A DNA stretch of 64,000 nucleotides from Takakia lepidozioides (GCA_030704615.1 CM060734.1:5332001-5396000); one strand, 5' to 3'; counted from the stretch's first letter, positions 11,562-24,917 are shown. The notes: generated from the sequence alone by a model not told the origin. A program made the numbers and translations.

Positions 11562-12980
11562 TTTTTTTTTTCCCCCTAAAATTGGGGTAATGACACAAAT
11601 CGGCGTCGACTTACCTCCATTCCATATACTTATAATCCCGTGGGTTTAGGGGGTGTAGTTTGTAATTCCGTCTGTTTCTGTTCTGCTCATGCTCATGAGA
11701 AAGCATTCCCTTGGAGAGGCGTTAGAAGGACACATGTAGCACTCCGGATGTGATCCGTGTATATAACTACACTATATGACCTACACGTGGGAAAGAATAA
11801 TGCCACATGTAGTGATGTAGTCATAAGTATATAACTTCATGACTACATGTCTATAGGTATGTCATAAAGAGGTTTTTTGGATAATATTTTTGATTTAATA
11901 AATCAAATTATAAAATTATAAAATTTAGATTATTAATTGATTTAAATTCTTCATTATATTTTTGGGAAAATAGAATGGAAGCCACTATTGTCCTACACTA
12001 GCAACCATAAAGAGAAACAAGTTGACATGTAGAGGGGAGTACAAGCCCTATAAATCATATTACAAAATTCCAAATTGGACAAGCATCCCAACGGATGCCT
12101 CAAAGTCTACGCGGCTCTAAGGTAGACGCTCGAGATCATGCCTAAGGTGCGAACAGTTGAATCTACTGCAGTCCTTTGTCCAACAAAAAGCCCTGCTCAC
12201 ATCCTCGCGAGGCGCAACGACTCATCCCGTTCCTAACTTCCGGGGAGGATGCTGCAGCCTGTATCAAAACTCCTCATCATGCAGGGGATGTCGAAACATG
12301 TGTCTAACACCCTAAAAATTATTGCAGATTCTACCATAAGTCCGTTGATGCGCACGCAGATGTGAGGGCTACTCTAGCACATAATCTGTTTATGTCCACA
12401 TGTCTCGAACGTCGTTACATGACACTGAGAACTATCCAGTTCTTCTCCAGAGGTGCTTGTCAAGCTGCTCCGGCCGAAGCTTACGCCTCCACATGATCGC
12501 TGGCCCACAATTACTGCACCTAGCCGATTCTCTCCAACTCCATACTCATCAGTCTTTACCTCGGGCCCTATCTCTTCCCGCACCTCTTTCGTCCCTCTCA
12601 CCACAGTGCCCTCAATCTCGACCTCCAAAGAAACTGGGACCGAGCAGGACTCCCACCCAAGCAGACTCTACCCACTACCGCCCATCACGATCGGAGCTCC
12701 AGCGACATGGCACAATGGAAGCTTGCCTTGTGGGCAGTGCAGGCCTCCTCCCACGCCAGCTCTAGACCACCATGGATTCCCGTGTCCATCTTTGTGAAGC
12801 ATGCTTCACATATGTGGAGCTAGGATTCCTCCTCACCTGTTTTCTCAACCTGGATGGATGGAGGGAGGATGCTTTCTCTCCTAAGCATCCGAGAGGCTTC
12901 ACAATGCATAAGCTTAAAATCATTGGATAGAACAGCACTAGCAACAGTTTGAGAGTTTGCAGTGGGATCGGTCGGCACCC

Positions 12981-13700
12981 TCACGGACGATCTTGGTCGT
13001 TTAAATGGTCTTTCTGGGTCTTTTCTTGCTCATAACAATCAATTAGAGCAGTGAGCTGTGAGAGGTAAGGGCAGAACCTGGTGTAGTGATCTTCGGATTT
13101 GCAAACCATGCATGCCACCACCGACAACTTGGCTTCATACTTAGGGCCAGTGTTAGTCTTACCCTTGTAGCTGGCCCTAGTAGAGCTATTGGGCTTCCAG
13201 TTAACCTCTGCCTTGAAGGCTTGGAGCTGATCCTGGATTTCGTCACGGAAGGAGGACAATTCATGCACAAGGGAAGGTACCAACTCTTATGCAAGACCTT
13301 TCACCCCAAGGTTCCCATCAGTAATCATAACATCTGTCCTTTCACTGGCCGGGTGAGTGTGTTTGATAGTGGCAGGCTTGGCCAACCCAACCTTGGCAGC
13401 TTTTAGACGAAGACGTTCTTCTATTAACTCCACCATTTCATCCTCAGTAGTGTAAGTCGGTGGGGCAAAAACGGTGTGCTTTGAAGCACACCATTTCTGC
13501 AATGTCTTGAATGCCTTTGAAGATGGTGGATTCTTTGTCATCTTGTTTGCAATATGCAGCTCAGTTGTCAGTTTACAGTCCTACATATTCATTAAAGCCA
13601 TGGGCTCTTCTTTCATAATGGGGTCTAATTTCATCATACTGTACATGCATATTCCCATGGATATAGGTCCAATGGGAATAGGTACCCTTTCTTCAACCGT
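12981..13700 (-). pseudogene. gag-like fragment with CCHC zinc knuckle
   Basis: CMVCKSEDHYTRFC (CX2CX4HX4C) in ORF 12981-13283; in-frame upstream ORF 13287-13541. Confidence 0.55.
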
Positions 13701-13869
13701 CCGTCCTCTGGCATTTGCTAACGTGGCATCCGCTCACGCTGACATGGCATGAGCGCGGGCTCACGCCACATCACAATTCGTCAGCCTACACTCACGCCAC
13801 GTCAGCCCCGCGTAAGCGTCGCCGTAGCGTCGCTCCTTATGCTTACAAAAACTAACAGCATGTAAACCA

Positions 13870-15180
13870 CTATTACCTCCACCGACAGACTCGTCTTCTC
13901 TCCCCAACTAGATTGCTTCCCTATCCAAGCTAGGCAGAGAAGCAAAGAAAATGGCATATGCCATAACTAAACAAAAAGCTACTGCCAACCATAAGAAATT
14001 TATCTCCTCCTTTGGGCAGCTGCTACATGACCACCCTAAACGAGCCCACAAAGCTATCTCAACATACCTATTGATTGTCTCAAACACAGACTTGGCCACC
14101 TCCTAACCAAACCTGATGATATCAAAAATGAAATCTGGATCCAAGCATCATCCTCTGACACACCAACCGTTGTAAACTGTCTACACCCTACTCAACACCA
14201 TCCTGCCTATCTGTGTAAAGTCAAGCACTACCCATGGCACGATCTTGCTGGTTTTTCCCTTGAGAAATGAGGCTCTCCCACCGACCGTATCCAGGACTTC
14301 TTTACTAAAGATCTTTATGACTCCTGCCTAAAAGCCCTCTCCAAATCAAAAGCCCCAGGTCCTGACCTCATCCCTAATGCCATACTACAAGCACTTGACC
14401 CCCAACTTTACATCCTTATATTCAAATTCTTCCAATTGTGCTACCAACTCCATCGCATCCCCCCCTCATGGAAGCATAGCCGCACCATCCTGCTATTTAG
14501 AAAATGTGACCCCACTGACCTCAGTAATTACAGACCCATCGCCCTGGCAAATACTATCTATAAACTTTTCACTAGCACATTAACAATAATGCTCTCAAAC
14601 TATGGTGAACAACACCGAACTCTTAGTGACCCTCAAGAAGGTTTCCGCAGCACCCGTAGCAACCGCAGCACTACCCGACAAATACAATATGTATTATCCG
14701 CATTAGAAGACGCCCAACTCACTAAACATGACATCTACCTCCTCTACATCGACTCAAAAATGCCATTGGCTCCTTGGACCATGCATGGCTACTCGCCGTC
14801 ATGTCAGACCTCGGCTACCCTACTAATGCGATACAACTCATTGGCCATATTTACACTAACAGCTCTACTGAATACTCGGGCTCATTTTACGGGTCTACCC
14901 CCTCCACCCCAATACTACGCGGCACTATCCAAGGTGACACATTAAGCCCCTACTTGTAACGAAAATTTCTGCAGCCGCATATGCTGATGATCTTGCCATT
15001 ATCACACATAAACCTCAACATCTCAACCGACAGGTAGACAAATTGTCTTATTTCAATCAATGGTCGGGTATGGAGCTCAGCCTACACAAATGTGCGGTCA
15101 CAACGGCTACCCACCGTAGTAAACTTACGAAATCCACTATCACTTCCGACTGGAAGCTTCACATTCACTACCAAAACAAG
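13870..15180 (+). mobile_element. Non-LTR retrotransposon (LINE) reverse transcriptase fragment
   Basis: KAPGPD, YRPIALANTIYKLF, QEGFR, YLLYID, RGTIQGDTLSPYL, AYADDL motifs with frameshifts; cut at 15180 by an LTR insertion. Confidence 0.9.
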
Positions 15181-15423
15181 TGTCAAGTTATTTCACCACT
15201 AGTGTGAAACTAGCTAGGAAATAACTAGCTTTTACATATTGACATTTGGGATTGGCCCAAGTGTCAATCCAGGGGTCAAGGCAGATTTAGGCCCTGGAGT
15301 GGTTATCTTCACGGCAAGAGCGGAGGGGAGGATCATCTTTCTCGAGTTGAGCCTCACCGCGCCTAGCTATGGCGCCGTAGTGTGGATTCCCCATGGCGTG
15401 GGGTGCACTTGGCTTGACTTGTA
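15181..15423 (+). repeat. 5' terminal repeat (segment B) of DNMT-Gypsy element 1, now inverted relative to its body
   Basis: Starts TGTCAAG; near-identical reverse complement at 18754-18993; preceded by CAAG (15177-15180), which matches CAAG on the minus strand at 18732-18729. Confidence 0.85.
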
Positions 15424-18084
15424 TTTGAGTGATGAGATTATATATGCATGAGTTTATGCTTCAGATTTGTGAGCTCGCATGAGCTTGTGCTTGTATTCTT
15501 CTTCTTTATCACTCGAGAAAGATCAGCTCGTATCTGTGAGTGTCAAATACGAGTTAGTTGTAGCACTTGTGGTTTTTGCTTGAGGATGAGAGAAACCAGG
15601 TTGTTATGCAAGGGGCACCGTGGAGCCCTTGGTTGTTAGAAGTGGAGGCGATGTGGGTTACGAGGTGGTAGACCTTGGCATTCGATCTTCAGCTTCAGAT
15701 ATAAAAACACCATGTTGTAGGTAATTCCATAGCACCTTGATGGTTTCAGATTGTGTACGTGCATGAGCAAGCACGATTGGGAAGCGGACCAGTCAAGAGC
15801 AGGTTATATGGCTTTGGTGGCAAAGCTGAGAACTGGACTTGGGAATGCGAGCTTCATTGTGTGAATGATTGCAAGACCAAGCGAAAGGGCTGATTTGGCT
15901 TGGGGCAAATCAGTGCACTTTGTGGTTAAGTTAGCTACAACAGAACCATATGCGGCAGATTGTATTTTTGTTCCAATCATGGAAGGTACGGACTCATGAG
16001 TTTGTGTATTGTATGGGACGATTTTGAGGTATTGTCTTAATACAATATCACATGGTCTTCATTATGTTTATTTCTTTCGTGCTGATGGGATGAGTAGTAT
16101 GCTCCATGAAGTTTCAATCACATCCACAATGAGATGATCAGTGGCAGTGTGCAAGGGATTGTGTGACATGCAATGGCATAGTAAGGCCATAATAGCATCT
16201 GTTTTGTTATTCGGAGTCAAGAGAAATAGTATTGCACATGTATGAACTACAAGTTGCAGCCCCCAAGTCATTGCAATCACTACGAGTGCCTGCTTCCCAA
16301 ACCATAGTCGATCTATATGACTAGCAAAGTAGTGTATTTCAAACCTCCAGTTGCATCTGTCACTTCAACAGAAACCACTGCAAGTGGTTTCCCTAGTTGT
16401 CGACTCCACTTGCTAGTCGTGAAGGCAACCAACAGACAACTCACCGCGGCACATGGTGTAGTCTCAGGCTTGCTCGTGTCCTGCCTCCAAGAGAAACCGT
16501 GGAGTACCGAGACATAGCCACGTGGCTGTATGCCGGCGTGCAGGACCATGGGGAAGTCGCACCCCCCCGGTCAAAGTCACTGGGTCGAGGTCCAAGATTA
16601 AGTCAACGCCCCGCACGGCGACGCCACGTGGCCACACCTTAAAAATTGCCCCGCAGTCGGTGGAAAGGCTGACTGGAATGACTCCGACCACGTAATGAAC
16701 GAAGCGACTGGGCTGTCCGAATGGTCTTGGCCTTTCGGACTCGTAGTCGCCCAGTCGTTTTCTGACTGAAACGACTGGGTTTCCAATCGTTTCTTGAGTC
16801 ATTATTTCGGCGATTCCTACTAGTGTGGGCTCGCGCGGCTGGGCTCACGCCGTAGCTACGCTCTACCAGGAAGATTCCGACTCATTTCAACGAGTTCCAC
16901 GAAGAAGGTGTTAAGGTGGATATGAGTTATGCCAAGGCAAACCAATAGCTAGACATTGCAAACAATGCAGATCATGAACGCCCCACAAAAGGGTATTGGT
17001 GGGAACAAAAATGTTACCTTGTAGTGTCTGGGACATGACTTCATTGCTCAATTGTCCTTTGCTTCCCTCACAGTTGTGAATACACTTGGATGGGACAAGA
17101 TTGATATTGGCACTGGAAAACAACTTTCAAGCTCCAATTTATGAAAATCAATTCATCTTGAGAATTGTAACATGCTTAGAAAACTGTACATCTGAATGCA
17201 TCTGGCTACATTATGTCAGACTACCTAGGTCCCCAATATAGAAGCTAGGGCATTCTACTTGATTTGAACAACAAATATCTGATGTTATGAATTTGGTTTT
17301 CCAAAAAATTACATCTTCCACAACTCCTACCCTCTAACCAAGTTATTACTGGGATTGAACATTCACCAACCCCTCTGCCACAGGTACCGACAATGAACAT
17401 GTGGCAACTTGCTCCTTCATGTGTATGAATTCGCCAATTCGGGTTGATTTCCAGTAGAAACTGACAGATCTAGTAGGAACTATTTTCCCACTTCTTTTTA
17501 TTGCAAATGTCCACCATTCGCTTAACTGGTTAGTTGGTGACCACCTTTGCAGCAAGGCTGACTACGTAGGATAAAACTCCAGCACATGCTTTGTACCCAG
17601 AACAAGAGGCCACTCTAACTGCAGGGCTCTAGCTTGAAGCTTTGCTGAGAAATTTCAGCTACAATTCTTCCACATCAAGCTAACGTATGAGGCTTCATTT
17701 ATTCCCCTCAGTAGCATCAATATATAATAGATCAAATGCAGAATGACAAAATTTTCCAAGCCTAAAACATGGAAGTAATCCAAGGCAGATCTTCATAGAC
17801 CCCAACATCCAATTTGGACTCATTCATCTTTCCATACAACTGGTCCTCTTCTACTGGTCTCCACTGCCCTGCAATCGGCTTGAAGCCATTCGAAACCAAT
17901 CCCACCGCACCACTGTATTGAAAATGAAGAGGAGCGTTCAAGTGTATAGCCCACACTTTCTTGAAAATTTCAGCCAAGGGCAAATCTTACAAGCAATGTA
18001 GCCTGGGAGAAGCTTGTGAGGGCAACCCAAGAAAGAAAGGCATGTTCCCCACGGATGCTAGGTGTATTGTATGGGCTGCCATGG

Positions 18085-18434
18085 CTACCCCTTCTCGGAT
18101 GTTCCCAATCCAAGATTGCCCTCATCTTTCTATCGTCCATTTTTATCCCATCCTGCGTAATCACATGCCCTAGGAACTACACTTTTGTAACCCCAAATTC
18201 GCACTTCAAAGCTTTGGCATATCTAGAGCTTCCATTCCCGCAACTTTTGGAACACCCTTTTGAGGTGCTCCAGTTGGTTTTCTTTTGTCTTCGAACAGAC
18301 CAAGATGTCATCGACGTACTATCATGAAGTCATCTAGCCACTCTTAAAAGAGGCTGTGCAGCAGAGTGCTGAAAGTTGACGGCGCATGGGTGAGCCCAAA
18401 CGGCATCACCAATAACTCATAGGAGCCATACCTT
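18085..18434 (-). pseudogene. Ty3/Gypsy RT fragment (different family from the DNMT elements)
   Basis: YGSYELLVMPFGLTHAPSTF, degraded xDD motif, KCEFG, FLGHVITQDGIKMD. Confidence 0.8.
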
Positions 18435-18435
18435 A

Positions 18436-18732
18436 TCATGCACGTTGTTTTCTCCTCATCTGGATGATGTTTTTGTCAAGTTGTTTGATGTCTGGAAGGG
18501 GGAAGGGAGAAGGGAGCAGCATAGAAGAATATTGGACTTGTGGTTTAAATACTGATTGAATGATAGATAACTTGGGGCGAATGGATACGGGGGATTTGAG
18601 GAGAGCAAAGCTTTTATTAGCTAATTTGGAGAGTATTGTATCTTTCTGTATTTGCCAAGTGAGAGAGGGGACCAGTTGGATACCCAGGTATGTGTAGGGC
18701 TCATCCGGGCCTTTTAAGAAAGGGAAGGCTTG
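18436..18732 (-). mobile_element. LINE RT thumb fragment, continuation of the 13870-15180 LINE
   Basis: PDEPYTYLGIQL motif; joins the 15180 break across the CAAG duplication. Confidence 0.8.
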
Positions 18733-19422
18733 TGTCGTGCGCATACATATCGCTACAAGTCAAGCCAAGTGCACCCCACGCCATGGGGAATCCACACTAC
18801 GGCGCCATAGCTAGGCGCGGTGAGGCTCAACTCGAGAAAGATGAGCCTCTCGCGCTTGCCGTGTGAAGAAACCACTCCAGGCCTAAATCTGCCTTGACCC
18901 CTTGGATTGACACTTGGGCCAATCCCAAATGTCAATATGTGAAAGCTAGCTATTTCCTAGCTAGTTTCACACTAGTGGTGAAATAACTTGACAGCTGTCG
19001 TGCGCATACATATCGCTACACAACTACATCGTTGTCCAAAACCACACAACACATGTGCACACCACACACTAGTATACCACTAGTCCACCACTAGTCCAAC
19101 CACTAGGCTGCCACTAGTCAGTCGCTAGGCTAACCACTAGGCAGTCACTAGTCCACCACAATCGCCCCCCTAGCTGGTGCTTAGGTCCCTCTAAGTCCAG
19201 ATAGCCACAAGATATGATAGTGATCGTAGCCTCACTAAGTCCTCCACCATTGTCCCTACTACACTCAAACTCGATAGATCAAGAGGCCGGGTACAAGAGT
19301 TGCCCCATCGTTAGTCGCCGTCTCTACAACCTGTGAACTTGAACCTGAGATCTCGTGTATTGACTCCTATGAGCTTTGGCCTCCTATGTCTTGTTAGCTG
19401 CCTCTAGTCATGTCCATTGCCA

Positions 19423-20748
19423 CTATCCCAAGCAGTGTGGACACAACCAATCTCTATCAGGAACCTTCTCAAGAGGTGGTGTCAAACATCCCATGTGCCA
19501 ACCTCTTGAGCATCGATCACACACCAGCATGGTGGCTGTCCCTTTGGAAGACCCACAGAGCATGCACCTTAGACCTGCAGGCACCACTTGCCAAGTTTGG
19601 GTCGACTCTGCCATCGACATTGGGAAGGTGACATGGCGCACAATTACGCACATGGTCCTTCCAAGTCATGCCATCCCGACCCTCCAAGATCAGGACCCCT
19701 GAGGGCACAACCTCTCGAACCCTCAGAATAACACGCCTTGCAGTAACATCCAGGGTCGTAGGAGCAGTTTGCTGCAAATAAACAAGTCACCAGGGCTAAA
19801 CCTCCGAACCCCAGGATGATATCCTCCACCACGTATAGTGGCATACCTCAACGTATCACGGCGTTGTGCAATGGCAAGGTTCTCAAAAGCCATGGGCATG
19901 ACTTTCTTGAATAACTCTACACGCTGATCACATGCACGTACCCACACGTCCGGATCGTCAAGGTTAAGGACTTGAGCAGTGTCCCTAAGAATGGCTGCAG
20001 GCAAATCGGCTCTTGGCCAAAGAGAAGGAAATATGGTGAGAAGGAGGCAAGTGATGCTTGTTGGTTGAACCTGTAGCCCATGGCTAACCAAGGAACCTGA
20101 AGATCCCAATCTCCTAGGTGTCCCTTCTGCAAGCCATACTTGTGCAAACCCCTCTTCACCGTTTGAACATCTCTGCAAGCCATCGGCCTCAGGTTGATCC
20201 GAGAAAGTGGTGTGTGGTGGTCTATCAAGGCTTATCACACAAAGCCTGAAACTCCCCCAAGAAACTCTCTCCCTTGGTCCGTGAGTACCTTAGCGGAAGC
20301 ACCGAATCGGCTAAGCACACGATCCAACTCAATCCACTTGGAGAAGTGCTCCACCATCACCAAACAAGATCTGTGGTGGCGAATAGTCAGTGGCAACGGT
20401 CCTGCGAAGTCAAGATCCACCTGTAGCCCAATCCCATGATTGTAAAGGATGCAACTGTGGTGTAGGGGTATTGAATGAAGCACACACCCTGTCACACACC
20501 ATGCACCTAGCCACGAACCGTTGCACCTCTGTGTGCATACTACGCCACCAATACTGCCCCTGCAGTAGATTGTGAGTGCGTCGCACTCCAAAATGCCCCA
20601 ACTCCTCATGGGCATGCCGCACTAACCGTGCACGCTGTGTTGGGTGAGGCACAATCCTCACCCGAAATCCTTCACACTCGGAGCAGGTGTATCCCCTCCA
20701 CTTGAACCTCTTGGTCGTTGCAGGATCCGAACCCTCCCTTGAAGTCAC
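19423..20748 (-). pseudogene. Integrase with C-terminal PHD finger (element 1)
   Basis: HEELGHFG...CMVC, LDFAGP, LTDQG; [37 protein letters not shown] (C4HC3). Confidence 0.9.
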
Positions 20749-20999
20749 AGTGGTGTCGTGTCTCGTGCGGAGTTAGTCCAATACAGCCGAATCATCATGT
20801 ATATCTCTGGCACCACCTGGCTATCACTAGCCTCAGGGTCCTTAGACACTCCGTCTACAGTCATCCTTGTTGTAGGTCCAACCTGACCTCCCGATGCCAA
20901 GATACACAAAAATGTAGATGCGTGCCATCCCGGCACCATCTCCTCGTCAGTCTCACCATGCCACCGAGCTCCAGTATCATCCTGCTGGCTCGTGCATGG

Positions 21000-22330
21000 A
21001 TTGCGACTCAATCCATCCACATCCGATTGCCACCAACCCGGTCGATTGACACCAACCTGAAAGTTATACTCCTGGAGTATGAGTGCCCACCGTGCAAGCT
21101 TCCCCGTAAGCTTGTCTGACTCCATCAACCACTGAGTGGCTGGTGATCAGTGACAAGGGTGAAGAGATCGCCGTATAGATAGCACCTGAAGTGTACACGG
21201 CCCACACTGCAGCTAAGCACTCTCCCTCATATGAGCTATACTTAGCCTCTGCAGCGTGTTTTGAGCGGCTAGCAATAAGCTACTACGAACTCTCTTCCCT
21301 CATCATCCACCGTGTGAGCACCGCTCCAAGCCCCAGCAGCTCCAATCCGTATGCAGTGAAAGGGGACGTCCTCGGATAGGTCGTCTCAGGATAGGGCCGA
21401 TGTCAACCTCGCTTGAGCTCTTGAAAAGCTCGTTCTTGCTCAACTTCCCACTGCCAATCCTGGTCCACCTTGGTCAGCTGGTTAGAGCCTTTGCAATGGC
21501 ACTAAATCCCTTGACAAACCGTCTATAATAGTTTGTCAACCCCATGAAGCTCGAACTTGGCTCACATCCATGGGGCGTGGAATTTGTGCAATGGCCTTAA
21601 CATTAGTCTGTTGTACCCCCAATCCTCCAGGATATATCATGTGATCCAGATACTCAAATCTGGTTGTGGAAAAAACTTGCAATTCCCCGGAATGCAACTT
21701 CAATCCGTGCGCTCTCAAGTGCTACAATACAACCTGAAGGTGTCTCTTGTGATCCTCCCCCCGTAGCACTAAAGATGATGATTGATCATTATGTAGCACC
21801 GAGCAAAGTCCATCCCCACTAGAATCCTATCCATGACTCTTTGAAACTCTGCAGGCGGCGCGTTCTTATAATGGTAAGAACCGCCACTGATATAGGCAAT
21901 CCTTGACATGCTCATTGATCCCCTAGATGTCGTCTTCTGCTTGTCTGCCTCATTGATCAGCAACTGGTGATCTCCGGATCGTAAATCCAAAGTGCTAAAG
22001 ACCTTAGCATGCCCGATGGCATCAAAGATCTCCTCTGGTGTTGGCATGGCATACTTATCGGACTGGTCTGACTATTTACAGGCCGGTAATCACCGCACTA
22101 CGTCTCTCCGTCCAATTGCCATAGACATCTTCGTGGCTGGCCTCACTGTGCGTGAAGCATACTCTCCACCAGAGAGCTCTACCAAACCTGCCCTCCCAGA
22201 GATCTTGAGTCCTCATCTGAATCAAAGACCTCTCCATGTCACTATATCTATAGGGTCTCTGAAAAGATTGGGTGTCAGTGCTAATCAATATGGATCTCTT
22301 GACCCTTCAGTGCTCCCAAGTCCTTCAAAC
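21000..22330 (-). pseudogene. RT / RNase H (element 1)
   Basis: MPTPEEIFDAIGHAKVFSTLDLRSG, NAP.AEFQRVMD, SYEGECLAAV, KLTGKLARWALILQEY. Confidence 0.9.
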
Positions 22331-22799
22331 TGAAGGGGCAAAAAGCAATCCTATAAGCTTCAGGAAACGCGTATACGTCGTCTCTCTCCTCCGGTGACAA
22401 TGGGTCCAATGCAGTCTCTCAATTGTCCTCCCTAACTGTACCTTAAGTCCAATGAGCTTAGAGGTAGAGGACGCGTCCAGTGGTTGCTATGTTTTGACAA
22501 CCTCTTGAGCAGTACTACCCTACCTGATCAGTCAATGACAAGGCATCATCCTGCCACATCATCTCTCCTCGAGGACTTCCTCAACCCAAGAAGAAAAATC
22601 CCCAACCTCATCCATCACCGCCACCTTGGCTGCCAACTCCCTCTGAACCTCGAGTACCACCACGTGTACCATGGATGCTTGCACCCCGTGGTCCTCTCAT
22701 ACTCGCCTCCACTCACTGCCTGTACCGTCTCGGTAAGCAGAGAGACCATCGAGGGAAGTGTACTCCGAACGAGTTCTGCGTTGCTCAGCCATAGCCAAG

Positions 22800-23600
22800 C
22801 TGATAATCCAGGTCACGCAATTGAGATCCATTGCTTGCCCCCAACACCTGACGATTTGTGATGCCTCGAAAGAGACGGAAACGCCTCATTGCCCGCTCAC
22901 GCGTGTCAGCATTAGGCTCCACTAACTGCTTGCAACTGAGCATCCCCACCGGAGGCCAGGGTCCACTATCCGGAAAAGGCATACGATCTCTGGGAATGTT
23001 GAGCGTGTAGGTATGCTGCCTCATGTGGCTTGACATCCAGCCTGGTTGACCACTGCCAACGGCAAACGGTCATCGTGTCTCACACGCTGAAACTGCCTCC
23101 CTATGTCCAAAATGCTATCCATGTGAGGTGTGTTGGCCGCTGCATCCCATCAAATGCACGCTTGAGCAGTGCGCATGTGGCATCAAGGTAGTCTACCATA
23201 ACCGTGGACGATGAGCCCGTGACCCCACTGTAGCTGCATCTAGCAACACTGCTGACCCAAGCCACGACCGGACTTGATGCACACTGGTCATCACCCTGGC
23301 CCGAGAATCGCCCATCAGTGGCACATTTTCCAAGATGTATGCTGGAGATACAGCTTGATGAAGCTGCAAGTGGCGCAAAACCCGCACCATCTCCCAAAAC
23401 AGACCCGACCTCGAGTCTCACAATCCATTGTCATGCCCGGCTGATGAATGCCCTTGGCAGGGCCAACCTGCCATTACTAGATCAATGGAGCCAACCCACT
23501 CCAAATCCTGCGCCCCTAGCAACGAATTGTCTGCTGGCAAGGCCTGCTGATATCCACGAACTGTAGACACCGGCAACAACTCAGGGTACTGCTGCACCAA
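22800..23600 (-). pseudogene. DNMT3-like C5 methyltransferase, motif I region deleted (element 1)
   Basis: IDLVMAGWPCQGHS (motif IV), YILENV (VI), AHRPRLW (VIII), QVLG (X); in frame with the protease in ORF 23418-24227. Confidence 0.88.
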
Positions 23601-23829
23601 CCACAATGGAGTCTGAGCAACCATGGCAGGCAACTCCGCCATACCATACATGTCATCCTGTTCTCCTGGAGGTGTGTCATCATCTGAATGAGCGTTGCCC
23701 TCTAGCAACTCTTCAGGCCAAGTCACTGCAACTGTGAATGCTGCTAGTGTCGGCATCTTGCCTCGCTGGGCAACCGCAACTCCTCCTATGAACGTCACAG
23801 GGAGCTGCACACGCCGGCCCTCCCCTGAC

Positions 23830-24227
23830 TGCCATCCAGGCCTATAGGAAGCTGACTCCTCCCAAAAATCCAGGGTGAAGCCCATGGGATACAACACTGC
23901 CCCACCAACCAGGACATCGTACAAGACCGCGTCTGTCACAATGGCCTTGGCTCGCATCACCGAGCCATCTGTAGGGTGATCCGGCCGTAGTCTGATAGCC
24001 AACTCACCCCGTGTCATACCCCAAGCTTGCTCCAATCCTCCCAAAGACATCTGTATCCGGAAAGGACAAGGCTCCATATCCGCCTCCGTGAGGCCCAAGC
24101 CTGCAATAGCAGCTCTGCCCAGCATCAATGGGTGAGCTCCCAAGTCCAACAAGACCCGCAGTGGCCGGTACCTCTTGCCTGCCGGTCCACTCAAATAGAA
24201 AATGTCATCCTGGTTGTCTAATGACAA
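23830..24227 (-). pseudogene. Retroviral-type aspartic protease (element 1)
   Basis: PLRVLLD(L)GA...YDVLVG motifs. Confidence 0.75.
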
Positions 24228-24917
24228 CTCCAGGTGTCACCATGGCGCGCTCAATGGCTGGCCTAGCTGGCAGCTCCATCAACCTGGCAGCTGCAGCTTG
24301 CCATGGTGCCGCAGTGGGAGTCTTGACCCTCAAATCCGAGGATCCCTCCGGCACTACACCTCCCACTATCTCTGCAGAAGATGAAGTAACCTCCTCACTC
24401 TCACAGAGTGTAGCTGCCAGCCTGAACACCTCAGCTGGTCTTACCCCCGGCATTGCAATCATGGTAGCCAAGAACAATGGAGCCTGGCACACAGATGTGG
24501 CCGCTCGCAGTAGCACACTAGCTGTCGTAGCCTTGGAAACACTAGGTAGTGGTGCTGCCCGTGTAGCTCTCCCCAATGGCATAGTAACCTCCGCCTCGGT
24601 AACAGTCGGGCGAGAAAAGGTGCCATGGATGGCGTCGACACTGTCTCCGCCAATGTGAATGACTGAGGAAGCCTAGCTTGACGGCTTGCCTCCCCACGCT
24701 GTGGATCCAACTCCACCTCTGCACCTCGTGGCTCAGGAACTCGTGCTGCTCCTCGAGTCACGGCTTCAGCAGATTCCACCTGCACTAGTGGTAGTGTTGC
24801 TCCGCACATGAATCCTATGCCTCCCATATCTCCTCCCTCAGGAGTAGGAGGTGGACCATCCGGCCTTGGAGCCGGTACCACCTGAGCTGTAGCCATGGCA
24901 GCGAGCCTCTGCTCTAG

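Noticed and set aside
17340-17990. Exon-like minus-strand frames
   Set aside because: Too short and interrupted to assign.
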